Shown here piece after piece: positions 1 to 9,914 of a stretch of 39,677 nt of DNA. The translations under genes and the position numbers were made by a program. This DNA is from Octopus bimaculoides (Eukaryota): contig NC_068982.1 in assembly GCF_001194135.2 (NCBI RefSeq), positions 126,218,689 through 126,258,365 on the forward strand, written 5' to 3'. Within the stretch, counting starts at the first letter, position 1. Every line of letters starts with the position of its first letter. The notes beneath the pieces were generated by a model. It ran no database searches and was not told the origin of the DNA. It saw nothing but the letters and a program-made list of their open reading frames with translations.

Positions 1-328
1 CCGCAGAAATCTCCAATTGTCTTCCACGTTGTATGATGCTATATCCCCTTCTATTTTGTTAAATGCTTCAAGTAACTTGTCTCTAAGTCTCTATCCGTTT
101 GCAGGGTCTTTAAGCTTCCACACCCTTCTCCTCCAAGCCTGTCTAATTCTGGGCACCCATTTTGCCTTGATCCCAAAGTCGCTAACTACTAATCTATGTT
201 GTGGGGTACATTCTTCGCCAGGGTAGGTTTTGGCATTTATAAGCCACCCTCTTTCCCTATTTCTGGAGAGGATGTAGTCGATTTGGCTAGAGTGTCTGCC
301 GGAGCGGTAGGTGACTAGGTGACTGGCA
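1..328 (-). mobile_element. RTE-clade LINE fragment (end of APE endonuclease plus linker), 5'-truncated, continues off the window start
   Basis: Minus-strand translation PASHLVTYRSGRHSSQIDYILSRNRERGWLINAKTYPGEECTPQHRLVVSDF...WKLKDPANG*RLRDKLLEAF...NVEDNWRFLR. It contains the APE C-terminal motifs (TY..G...SQIDYIL; HRLVV.DF) and one in-frame stop. Confidence 0.85.
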
Positions 329-342
329 GGTCACCTACCGCT

Positions 343-373
<31 letters not shown>

Positions 374-835
374 TTTTCATGGTTTTCGTTATTTTCTGAT
401 ATAAAAGTCTACAACAGAATCTTTGGAAACAGAGCAACTTGGATGTGTAATATCATTAAAATGTAAATGGTTAAATGGTTTACAGACAGCATATAGATCA
501 CAGTTATAGACAGAAGGGAGAAAAAAAAAATTGATATCACCACATACTGGCCATTTGCTCAGGTTTGGTAAATCAATAAAATCTGAAGTCTCTTAGTAGA
601 AACATTACCAGTGTTTTTCTCAGTTAGCTGTAGATTATTACGAAGGTAGAAAACAATTTTTATCTTGTGTTTCTTTTCTTTAATTAATCACTATATTGAT
701 GTTTATCAATCAAAACACAGGTCTGGGGGTGCTGAAAGTTGTTTTTTTTCTTAATCCTCTTTTTGACCAACAAATACCAATATAACTACTAAGGAAGGTA
801 AAAAGAAGCCAATTCTCTTCTACCTGTGTACATAG

Positions 836-1175
836 GTGTGTGTGTGTGGTGTGTGTGTGTGTATGTGTGTGTGTGTGTGTGTATGAGTGTATGTGTCTGT
901 CTTTCTTTCTGTTTGTGTGCATCTGTGTGTGTATCTGTGTGTGTGCATGTGTGTCTGTGTGCATGTGTGTGTATGTGTGTGTCTGTGTCTATGTGTGTAT
1001 GTGTGTGTGTGCATGTGTGTCTGTGTGCATGTGTGTGTACGTGTGTGTGTCTGTGTCTATGTGTGTATGTGTGTGTGTGCATGTGTGTCTGTGTGCATGT
1101 GTGTGTATGTGTGTGTGTCTGTGTCTATGTGTGTGTGTGCATGTGTGTGTGCATATGTGTGTATGTGCGTGTGCG

Positions 1176-1210
<35 letters not shown>

Positions 1211-1238
1211 CGGTGTGTGTGTGTGTGCGTGCGTGTGT
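836..1238. repeat. Compound (GT)n microsatellite with a higher-order unit of about 66-68 bp
   Basis: The GT tract is interrupted by a recurring GCAT/GTCT/CTAT pattern repeated about three times between about 940 and 1145. Confidence 0.9.
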
Positions 1239-1442
1239 AGGGTGAAATGAAGGTGAAAATTAACAATGAAAATGACAACTCAAAAAGACAAAATGGAAAC
1301 AAGATGTAATCTTCATTTTAATACTCAGCGAAAGATTAAGAAAGTGAAAGTGGCTGACATTTTGAACCTTAAGTTCCTTCAGAAAATTACGTAAAAGGAG
1401 GTTTTGTCACTGGATACCTGTTTGGTAATATTATTATACATA

Positions 1443-1660
1443 AGGTGGAGAGCTGGCAGAATCATTAGCATGCAAAATGCTAATTTTGTCCATCTTTGCT
1501 TTCTAAGTTTAAATTCCACCAAGGTCAACTTAACCTTTCATTCTTTCAGGATCAATAAAATAAGTACCAGTTGAGTACTGGGGTCGATGTAATCAACTCG
1601 CCTCCTCCCCCGAAACTGCTGGCCTTGTGACAAAATGTGAAACCAATATACATATTTCCA
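1443..1660 (+). mobile_element. tRNA-derived SINE, type A (octopus OK/OR1-like; exact family name not verifiable)
   Basis: Head GGTGGAGAGCTGGCAGAATC, B-box-like AGTTTAAATTCC and central TAAGTACCAGTTGAGTACTGGGGTCGATG. It matches the copies at 6679, 13322, 14211 and 33140. Confidence 0.85.
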
Positions 1661-1740
1661 ACAAAACCTCCATAAGCTAGAAACCTTTAAACAAGTATCA
1701 CCCTTATGAAAGAAGGAATCCCAATGAAAGGCAATTGATA

Positions 1741-2233
1741 AAATAATAATAATAATAATAATGAAATTATTGTATACAGTGCTCAGGTGCACTACAACTT
1801 GTCAAAAGTGCGCATAAAGCATATGCAGTATTGTACAAATGTCTGGAAAGTGAACAGTGTATGAGTCAGATACATGCTTGCGTGTGTATGGAGGGGAGAA
1901 AATCATGTGTAGTGTTAGCAAATCTCAGGAAGCATGGAAGTTTTGAAAGATGCAGTGCTCCAACAACTAACAACTGATGCCGGTAGCTTGTTCCATACTT
2001 CAGCAACTCTTAGCGTGAAAATGTGTTTCTGAAAGTCATGGGAACTGTGCTGTTTTCTGAATTTGTAAACATGTCCACGGGTGTTAGACAGGTGGAATTT
2101 GAAAAGGTGCTCAGAGTTATTGTTAGTAAGATGGTTAATAATTTTATGGGCGTCTGCCAAGTCAGCTGCCAGACGTCGGAGTTTCAATGTATCCACACCC
2201 AGGGAAGTAAGGCGTTCAGAATAAGGCAAATGC
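1741..2233 (-). mobile_element. CR1-clade LINE 3' end (ORF2 C-terminus, 3' UTR, (TTA)n tail)
   Basis: ORF 1915-2229(-) reads PYSERLTSLGVDTLKLRRLAADL...TRGHVYK...FTLRVAEVWNKLPASVV, a typical CR1/L2 ORF2 end. A simple-repeat tail lies at 1741-1760. Confidence 0.9.
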
Positions 2234-2660
2234 CTGATGGAGGGTATTCTCTTGGTTGCACATGGCTGAACCTAAACAACTAAACCACCAAGAATCCCTA
2301 AACAAGTTCAACCCTATGAGAGCTACAGCTTCAATGAAGAACATCTTTAAGCCATGAAAATACAAGACACAAAAAGTTGAAGGCCAACAAGTACACAAAA
2401 TGTATACATTTATTATCAGCTGCCAAACAGATATCATTATGGTTTCAACTGTCTAAATTCTCAACCATTTTTTTTTATCTATGGAACCCTTTATTTACTG
2501 TTTTATTATATGGTAGACCCCCATAGCCATTCGATGTTTAAAAACTAATTTTACAGATACTTCTTTCAAAATTCCTATTTTGTTATTCACACATTCACTT
2601 GTGTAGGTTGAACTAAACAATTTGTTAGAGAAAGAAACCTAGCTGTTTCTTGCAATAAAT

Positions 2661-2661
2661 A

Positions 2662-2711
<50 letters not shown>

Positions 2712-2715
2712 CCAC

Positions 2716-2787
<72 letters not shown>

Positions 2788-3030
2788 CATCATCATCATC
2801 ATCATTTAACGTCCGTTTTCCATGCTAGCATGGGTTGGACGATTTGAATGAGGACTGGCAAGCCAGAAGGCTGCACCAAGCTCCAATCTGATCCTAACAC
2901 CAGCCACTCCGAGAGTGTAGTGGGTGCTTTTTATGTGCCACTGGCACAGGGGCCAGAGGAGGCTGGCAACAAGCACGTTCGGATGGTGCTTTTTACATGC
3001 CACCGGTACAGGGACCAGAACTACAATTTC
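2661..3030 (-). mobile_element. RTE LINE 3' UTR fragment with expanded (ATG)n tail, seen as a (CAT)n/(CAC)n/(CAG)n tract on the + strand
   Basis: The tract at 2661-2805 runs directly into TTAACGTCCGTTTTCCATGCTAGCATGGGTTGGACG. The 3' UTR sequence beyond that is the same one that follows RTE ORF2 at 13573-14090. Confidence 0.85.
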
Positions 3031-3350
3031 CATATGTGTGTGTGTGTGTGTGCTCATGTATCTGTATGTATTTATATATATATATCTTTATATATCTATA
3101 TATATATATATATATANNNNNNNNNNNNNNNNNNNNNNNNNNNNNNNNNNNNNNNNNNNNNNNNNNNNNNNNNNNNNNNNNNNNNNNNNNNNNNNNNNNN
3201 NNNNNNNNNNNNNNNNNNNNNNNNNNNNNNNNNNNNNNNNNNNNNNNNNNNNNNNNNNNNNNNNNNNNNNNNNNNNNNNNNNNNNNNNNNNNNNNNNNNN
3301 NNNNNNNNNNNNNATATACACTGTGTGTGTACGTATGTATGTATGTGTAT

Positions 3351-3388
<38 letters not shown>

Positions 3389-3552
3389 ACATACACAAAC
3401 AAATATACACACACACACACACACATACACACATCTATGTAATTAACCCCAGACAGACATAAATCATCCTGGATTACATGACAGTTATACAGTTTACTCC
3501 AGTACTGTCATATGCAAAGCAAACAGAAGTTCTCGACTTCTGAGGAAGTGTG

Positions 3553-3568
3553 ATGCCGTCATCATCCC

Positions 3569-3603
<35 letters not shown>

Positions 3604-3725
3604 CCACCACCACCACCACCACCACCACCACCATCATCTTCATCATCATCATCATCATCATCCTCATCCTCATCATCATCATCATCATCATCCTCATCAT
3701 CATCATCCTCATCAACTACAACTAC
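3553..3725. repeat. Compound (CAT)n/(CAC)n/(CCT) trinucleotide tract
   Basis: Read directly from the sequence; flanked by degenerate triplet repeats. Confidence 0.9.
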
Positions 3726-4705
3726 AAAACTGTCATTAGTTTCCAAGACATTGTCATCACCATCATCATGAATGTCATCGCCAACCTTATTGTCTTCCTT
3801 TTCCTTCAGCATTATAGCTGACATCAAGAGTGTCTAAGACAATAACATCTGCTACAACAATAGCATTTTGTATCTATTTTCCATGCCACTAGCTAAATGC
3901 CTCAAGAAATATCTAGTGGATCTAAGCATATAGCAGTATATTTAATAACAGAATAGAAAGTCATCTGCACTAAATATAGAAAAAAAAAAAAAAAAAAACC
4001 TGTTTGAGCTGCATCAAGATAAACATTATTCTCTTTTCATTTGAATAGTTTGATTGGTCTTTTCTGAGGAGGAAACACATTAGCAATTCTTCAATGGTGG
4101 TTTCACAATAAATAAATAAATAACTGAAGAGATAAAAATTTTTTTTAGAAAAAAATAAAGAGTCTAAGAGATTCTTATTTGGTGGGAACAAAACCAATAC
4201 CAATAATTTTTCACCTAATAACAGTAAAGAAAATAAAGATAATAACAATATAGAATAAATACCAAAATACATCTCTGCAAGAGTCTTAGAATTCTTTTGT
4301 TTAAAATTCTTTCTGAAAGCAACAGGTGAAACTTGTGCATTAGCAGTTGATAAAGGCCGTGAAGATTCACCTAAAGAGACTGTTGTTTATTTATATATGA
4401 AAAGGAACTAGATTGCCAAGCATGGTAAATCACAAATGAATTATTTAAGATTTAATTCCAGTAATACCGTTTGCTAATGTCTTTTAGTTTTCAGTTTGTT
4501 TATTTTATTATCTTTTTGCCTTCCATTGTTGCAATATTTATATTTTGTTCTTCTTTGCAAAATGAACGTGAGCTTAAGCTTTTACATTAATGTTATGAAG
4601 GTTGAGTGACTCTGATTAAGTTGCAAGCAACATAGTTAAGGCAAAGTTTCACATCAAAGTTCCTTGCTGGATATTTTCACTTTTATTATTATTATTATTA
4701 TTATT

Positions 4706-5076
4706 ATTACCTCCGCCTTAGCAAAGGCAGAGGTATTGTTTTCAGTCATGTTTGTTTGTGCATGGACAAGATATCTCAAGAACTGCTGGATGAATTTGGA
4801 TGAAACTTTCAGGGATGTTTAGCCTCGTGACTGGCACAAACTGATTAGATTTTGGGAGCGATCGGGTACCAGACTAGGATTCTGGATTATTTTTCCTGTT
4901 CTTTTTTTTTTATTTAATTTTGAGAGTGGTCAAGTTCATTTTTAGTATTCTTGTTTGTGAGAGCAGTCAAGTATATTTCAGATATTCTCATTTTAAAAAT
5001 CATCTCTGGCTAATCGTTGAGAGGACATTGGTGTTGCCTTGGCAGAGGTTTGTCTGAAGTCTTTCAATATGATGTC
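4706..5076 (+). mobile_element. Helentron-associated non-autonomous element (HINE/DINE-like)
   Basis: 5' hairpin TACCTCCGCCTT-AGCA-AAGGCAGAGGTA (4708-4735). An inverted partial copy TTGGCAGAGGT lies near the 3' end (5039-5049). The element sits in TT-rich (TTA)n context, matching HINE architecture. Confidence 0.7.
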
Positions 5077-5111
<35 letters not shown>

Positions 5112-5485
5112 GTTGTTTTTTTTCTTCTTCCTTCAAATTTTTTTCCATTTCTTGCCGAGTGTTTTCCGTACACCTAGGGCAGAGAAGCTCATTCTATGCA
5201 TTCCCAGTTTACACATGCAAATTCACGGCTAAAATATGTATGTAAAAATATTAATAAATAAATAAATTCATAAATGAATGTTGTTTTCACAGCGATAATG
5301 CTCTTCTCTGTACATGAATCGTTCCATTTAACGTGATTTTTTGCACTTCCTGCAAGGATGGTAGGCCTGGTATCATTTTCATATAGGTTTCAGTACCTTT
5401 TTTTTTTTATCATTCCTAGAGATCCTACAATCACTGGTACGGTAGTTGCCTTGAGATGCCACATTCTTTCAATTTCTATTAGCAA
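5077..5485 (-). mobile_element. R4/Dong-like (RLE-type) non-LTR retrotransposon 3' fragment, subfamily 1
   Basis: Minus strand 5482-5287 reads LIEIERMWHLKATTVPVIVGSLGMIKK/GTETYMKMIPGLPSLQEVQKITLNGTIHVQRRALSL*, with a frameshift in a poly(A) run. It is followed by a 3' UTR and (TAA)n tail at 5077-5110. Confidence 0.8.
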
Positions 5486-5680
5486 ATTATTATTATTATT
5501 ATTATGATTATTATTATGATTATTATTATTATCATTGTTCAGTAGTTTTATTTTTATAACGTGCTTTCACTTTACTACCGAGCGCAGCTCTGTGTGCTTT
5601 GGGTATGTGCTGTGGTTTGCTGTGATGCTCTTATGGTTACTGTATTGAAAGTGTTTTGCGTAGGATGTGTGCAGTGCCCA
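5486..5680 (-). mobile_element. R4/Dong-like non-LTR retrotransposon 3' fragment, subfamily 2
   Basis: Minus strand 5678-5637 reads GTAHILRKTLSIQ*, the conserved RLE-element C-terminus. The 3' UTR differs from subfamily 1, and (TAA)n lies on both sides. Confidence 0.7.
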
Positions 5681-5706
5681 TATTATTATTATCATTATTA
5701 TTATTA

Positions 5707-5790
<84 letters not shown>

Positions 5791-5799
5791 CCATCATCA

Positions 5800-5830
<31 letters not shown>
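5681..5830. repeat. (TTA)n-(CAT)n-(TTA)n compound microsatellite
   Basis: Read directly from the sequence. Confidence 0.95.
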
Positions 5831-5831
<1 letters not shown>

Positions 5832-6179
5832 GGTGAAACTGTGTACAAAATGCTATTATTGTCTTTTGAACAAAAGTCAACAATAGATGCAGCATCAACA
5901 TACCAATGGCAGCAACAGTGACAGCACCAACAATGGTAGTACTACTACAACCACAAATGATAACTGTTGTATTATTCAATTGGTTTAAATACAAGGGTTC
6001 CACAGTGGAGCATAAATCCAACTCTTGTCTCCTTAGTCTCATTTTAAGATGACTCCCACTGTCAGCTCCAAGTTTTTTTCATGCTTTTCTTCTGTTAAAG
6101 AGCTGCATTGATGGCTGAGTAACTAACACTGAAGTTGTTTCCTCTGGTTCCATCTTCTTGAGGCAATACGTCTAACCAT

Positions 6180-7075
6180 TGATAACTGTTTCTCACGCAT
6201 CTCATGGTTAAACCTGGAGGCTGGTTGATGTTTACGACTTGACCTACAAACTTCAGGACCAGCTGATGCTTCAAATGTACTGAGAGAGAGACAAAAGTAT
6301 CATGAAGCAGAGAATCTACAGTAATTGATGCCTCAGGCAAAACAGAAATTTTAGCTGACATTTCAGGTAATAATTAAGGAATTATAATTGGCATTTCAGG
6401 TAACTCAGAAAGTTCAGGTATTCCAATAATAATTGGAACCTCAGATACTGTGACAGTAAGAACATGAGGTACCAATACTTCAACTGAGTTGGAAGCTCCA
6501 GAAGTTGATTGTCATGTCATTCTAACATGTCTCTATCCACTCTTACTTTAAAATTTACAGCTTGTAACTGTCAGGTTATAGTGCCTTCCATCCAATGTTC
6601 ACCAAAATTCCATAAGAGAGCACAATCATCCTTTCTAAATGTACGCAGCAGATGTAATATCCTCATCCTTTGTTCCATATTATATTGGTTCCAAATTTTC
6701 GCACAAGGCCAGCAGTTTCAAGGCTGCAGGTAAGCTGGTTCCGTTGACCCCAGTACTCAACTGGTACTCATTTTATCTACCCTAAAAGGAGAAAAGGTAA
6801 AGTTGACCTCAGCAGAATTTAAACTCATAATGTAAAGAATGATGAAATGCTGCTAGACATTTTGCCCAGCATGACAATAGTTCTGCCAGCATTCCACCTT
6901 TGTTCCTTATCTTATTGACATCCTAGAATTCAAAGATGAGTTTCTGGTTTCAGTAGATAAAAATCAGTCTGTCTAAGTGATATTTGAACAATAATTCAGT
7001 AGGAGAAGCTCTGGTTGTCGAATGTGGACAGTGCTGGATTAACCATTAAGCAAAATAAGGATGGGCATCAAAGGA
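6180..7075 (-). mobile_element. Decayed Gypsy/Ty3 (K02A2.6-like) integrase C-terminal remnant, interrupted by a SINE
   Basis: Minus-strand pieces appear in the expected order: HCPHSTTRASPTELLF (cf. TPHSTTG.SPAELLF); RTFRKDDCALLWNFGEHWMEGTIT*QLQAVNFKVRV...*HDNQL (cf. RNF...KW.PG.I......Y.V......RRH.DQL); a Pro/Ser/Glu-rich spacer; EVCRSSRKHQPASRF (cf. RRS.R.RRPP.RL). There are multiple stops and frameshifts. Confidence 0.7.
6679..6899 (-). mobile_element. tRNA-derived SINE, type A
   Basis: Reverse-complement match to 1443-1660 and 14211-14430 (GACCCCAGTACTCAACTGGTACT). Confidence 0.85.
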
Positions 7076-7237
7076 AAAGGAGAACCACAAAAATAGTAAA
7101 TAGTTTACGGCACAAAAGAAATCACTTTAAACTTGCTAAAATAATATTTGAAGTGATGAAGTATAATTTTGAAGTGTTTTGTAATGATACCTTGACTCTA
7201 CAGTCCCCTGTTTTTGTTGATTTTCCTTTCTTTCTGC

Positions 7238-7375
7238 TCAGGCTAAACCTCTCCTGGTTTTTCTCAACCTTTCTACAATTCCTGATGTCTTGGTAACAAC
7301 AGAAGTCATTGTTGTTGTTGTTGCTGTTGCTGCCACAGCTACTGCTGTTGATGTTGTTGTTGGTGCTGTTGTTTG
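7238..7375 (-). CDS. Candidate terminal exon of the minus-strand gene (low-complexity Thr/Ala-rich)
   Basis: Acceptor ttatttacAG, phase 0, matching the end of exon 7530-7584. Reads QTTAPTTTSTAVAVAATATTTTMTSVVTKTSGIVERLRKTRRGLA*. It is partly a (CAA)n-like repeat, so it may be spurious. Confidence 0.35.
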   Translation of the reverse strand, partial: QTTAPTTTSTAVAVAATATTTTMTSVVTKTSGIVERLRKTRRGLA

Positions 7376-7529
7376 CTGTAAATAAGTAGCTTTTGACTGA
7401 GTTTTACTTGGAAGATATTTTCTTTTGGGATTTACCTTATGACAAAGTTGTTTTTGAAACCTTTGAATGTCAACTTCATTTACCCCAAGGTAGAAAAAAT
7501 TCATCATTCAATATTTTTATTGTACTCAC

Positions 7530-7584
7530 ATATTTTACAACTCTCCATTTTGGTTTGCTTATTAGTGGTTCAATATGGCCACCT
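7530..7584 (-). CDS. Internal exon of an uncharacterised minus-strand gene
   Basis: Strong acceptor (T-run...ctttcccactatcctAG) and donor TAT|GTGAGT; phase 2 to 0; reads (R)GGHIEPLISKPKWRVVKY. Confidence 0.65.
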
Positions 7585-7667
7585 CTAGGATAGTGGGAAA
7601 GCATGCTGACATTAAAAAAAAAAAAAAATGCACACATGCACCCCCTCCCATTATGTAAATGATAAAT

Positions 7668-7852
7668 CATTATCGTCATCATCATCGTTTAACGTCCGCT
7701 TTCCATGCTAGCATGGGTTGGACGATTTGACTGAGGACTGGTGAACCAGATGGCTACACCAGGCTCCAATCTGATTTGGCAGAGTTTCTACAGCTGGATG
7801 CCTTTCCTAATGCCAACCACTCTGAGAGTGTAGTGGGTGCTTTTACGTGCCA
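7668..7852 (-). mobile_element. RTE 3' UTR fragment with (ATG)n tail
   Basis: CATCATCGTTTAACGTCCGCTTTCCATGCTAGC...GGATGCCTTTCCTAATGCCAACCACT; same family as 2661 and 13573. Confidence 0.85.
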
Positions 7853-7859
7853 TTGTAGG

Positions 7860-8045
7860 CGCGGGCATGGCTGTGTGGTTAGGAAGCTTGCTTCCCAGCT
7901 ACATGGCTTCGGGTTCAGTCCCACCATGTGGCACCTTGGGCAAGTGTCTTCTGCTATAGCCCTGGGCCGACTGAAGCTTTGTGATTGAATTTGGTAGGCG
8001 GAAGTTACTGCTGCGTGTGTATATGTCTGTGTATGTGCTTGTGCC
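7860..8045 (+). mobile_element. tRNA-derived SINE, type B (CORE-like, octopus OR2-like), 5' part
   Basis: GGCTGTGTGGTTAGGAAGCTTGCTTCC...GGGTTCAGTCCCAC...GGCACCTTGGGCAAGTGTCTTCT; matches full copies at 16807 and 27342. Confidence 0.85.
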
Positions 8046-8172
8046 TCTCCGAAAGAGAGAGAGGGGATAAATATTTGAATGTAATAATAATTGTCTTTTG
8101 TGGATCAGTTATTTTCCTGCTACATAATAAACCGTTATTGTAAAGCTTCATACAAACTCTGGTTTAGCAAAC

Positions 8173-8209
8173 CTATGATTAAAAACTCTCCAACTATGAC
8201 CATCACATC
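8173..8209 (-). CDS. Internal exon of the uncharacterised minus-strand gene
   Basis: Acceptor ctctttctgaaaacAG and donor AG|GTTTGC; phase 1 to 2; reads (R)CDGHSWRVFNH(R). It bridges the two flanking exons in frame. Confidence 0.6.
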
Positions 8210-8344
8210 CTGTTTTCAGAAAGAGTGTATCTGTGACTACATTTATCAATACATTCTCATTTTTTTTTTTTCATCTGAGCATGTGGCTGGCTGTGAATAC
8301 ATTGAAAGGACCCCAAAACACTGAAATGTATCTAACATTCTCAC

Positions 8345-8416
8345 TGACAACTGCTGGGATGTATTTCAATGACCAGTACTCGCAGCCAGCCGCATGCTTG
8401 GATGAAATTTCATTGT
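8345..8416 (-). CDS. Internal exon of the uncharacterised minus-strand gene
   Basis: Acceptor ctttttcctacattacAG and donor A|GTGAGA; phase 1 to 1; reads NEISSKHAAGCEYWSLKYIPAVV. Confidence 0.6.
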
Positions 8417-8640
8417 CTGTAATGTAGGAAAAAGTGATATTACTTTTTTTGTCCAAGCATTTTAAAGACGATACTGTGTTGTTTAGGGGAGATTTAACTG
8501 CTGGTTTTGCCTGCTTGAGTGATAACATTAATATATGAGATTAATACTATGATATGGTGGTAAGTTTGTGAGTTGGGTTTCATTTTCTGTGAGAATCATT
8601 TTACTTTTAATATTTTGTCAATGTTCTTATGAAAAGTATG

Positions 8641-8642
8641 GA

Positions 8643-8674
<32 letters not shown>

Positions 8675-9133
8675 CCATCACCATCATCACTATCATCATC
8701 ATCATCATCATCATCATCATTATCATTTAACGTCTGTTGTCCATGCTGGCATGGGTTGGACAGTTTGACTGGGCTGGCACACTGGAAGGTTGCGCCAAGA
8801 TCCAGTCTGATTTGGCATGGTTTTCTACAGTTAGATATCATTCCTAACGCCAACCACTCCGAGAGTGTAATGGGTGCTTTTATGTGCCACTGGCATGGGT
8901 GCCATTTGCATGACACCGGTATCTGCCACGACTGCAATTTTCCTCAGCTTCATGGGTCTTCTTCTCAAGCACAGCATAATACCAAAGGTCTTGGTCATTG
9001 CCTCCGTGAGGCCCAACACTTAAAGGGAACTTGGCCACTTTGTCTCCATGAGGCCCAACACTCGAAAGGAACTCAGCCACCTTGTCTCCATGAGGACCGT
9101 TCAAAAGGAACTCGCTTTCATGAGGCCCCAAAA
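8641..9133 (-). mobile_element. RTE 3' fragment (ORF2 end, 3' UTR, (ATG)n tail) with 42-bp tandem repeats at its truncated 5' end
   Basis: (CAT)n at 8641-8725, then TTTAACGTCTGTTGTCCATGCTGGC. Minus strand reads LGLTEAMT near 9000-9020. GAGGCCC/GAGGACC units start at 9008, 9050, 9092 and 9122. Confidence 0.85.
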
Positions 9134-9348
9134 TTGAACAAACCAATTAATCCAGTAGTGGACACTGGAATTAGTAATAATCAAGGGTTTTCACTTATTT
9201 GTGTGTAATAGTTTATGTTCTGTTTTTTTTTTGTTCTGGGATCTGGCATAAGTTTTTTATGGGATTATTGTAAATCCTCATATCCCTTCTATAATGATAA
9301 ACGTTTGTTAACCCTTTTCATACCAACCTATGCAAAACTGCCCCTGGT

Positions 9349-9575
9349 TCTCTTTTATTCTTTTATTTGTTTCAGTCATTTGACTGCGGTCATGCTGGAG
9401 CACCACCCTTAGGCAAACAAATCGACCCCAGGACTTATCCTTTTGTAAGCCTAGTACTTATTCTATCAGTCTCTTTTGCCAAACCACTAAGTTATGGGGA
9501 CATAAGCACACCAACATCAGTTGTCAAGCAACAGTGGAGGGATAATCACAGACACAAATATATACATACATACAT

Positions 9576-9615
<40 letters not shown>

Positions 9616-9751
9616 GACAGGCTTCTTTCAGTTTCCATCTACCAAATCAACTCACAAGGCTTTGGTTGGCCTGAGGCTATAGTAGATGACATTTGCCTAA
9701 GGTGCCACGCAGTGGGACTGAACCTGGAACCATGTGGTTGGTAAGCAAGCT
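9349..9751 (-). mobile_element. SINE type B with internal (TA)n, 5' end clipped
   Basis: Reverse-complement match to 27342-27772. Confidence 0.9.
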
Positions 9752-9914
9752 ATGCAAATTTCATATTCAAAATGATTTTAATTTAAAACTTTCCATCAAA
9801 ATTCCATTTTAATTTATGCTCCAAAACCAGCCTAATAATGATGCAGTTATTTTACTAAATTCTTCATTATTTTCAAAATTAATTGAAGCAAAGTTAGTTT
9901 GCATCAAAAGAAAT

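Noticed and set aside
710-1302. Many 60-200 aa ORFs (HTHT, VCVC, YIYI, poly-M/H/S/D/I) here and throughout the track
   Set aside because: They are translations of (CA)n, (TA)n, (CAT)n and (TTA)n microsatellites or run through N-gaps; there is no coding evidence.
9008-9133. Regularly spaced short repeats (also 31949-32300) superficially like CRISPR arrays
   Set aside because: The context is eukaryotic, the units are tandem without unique spacers, and there are no cas genes.
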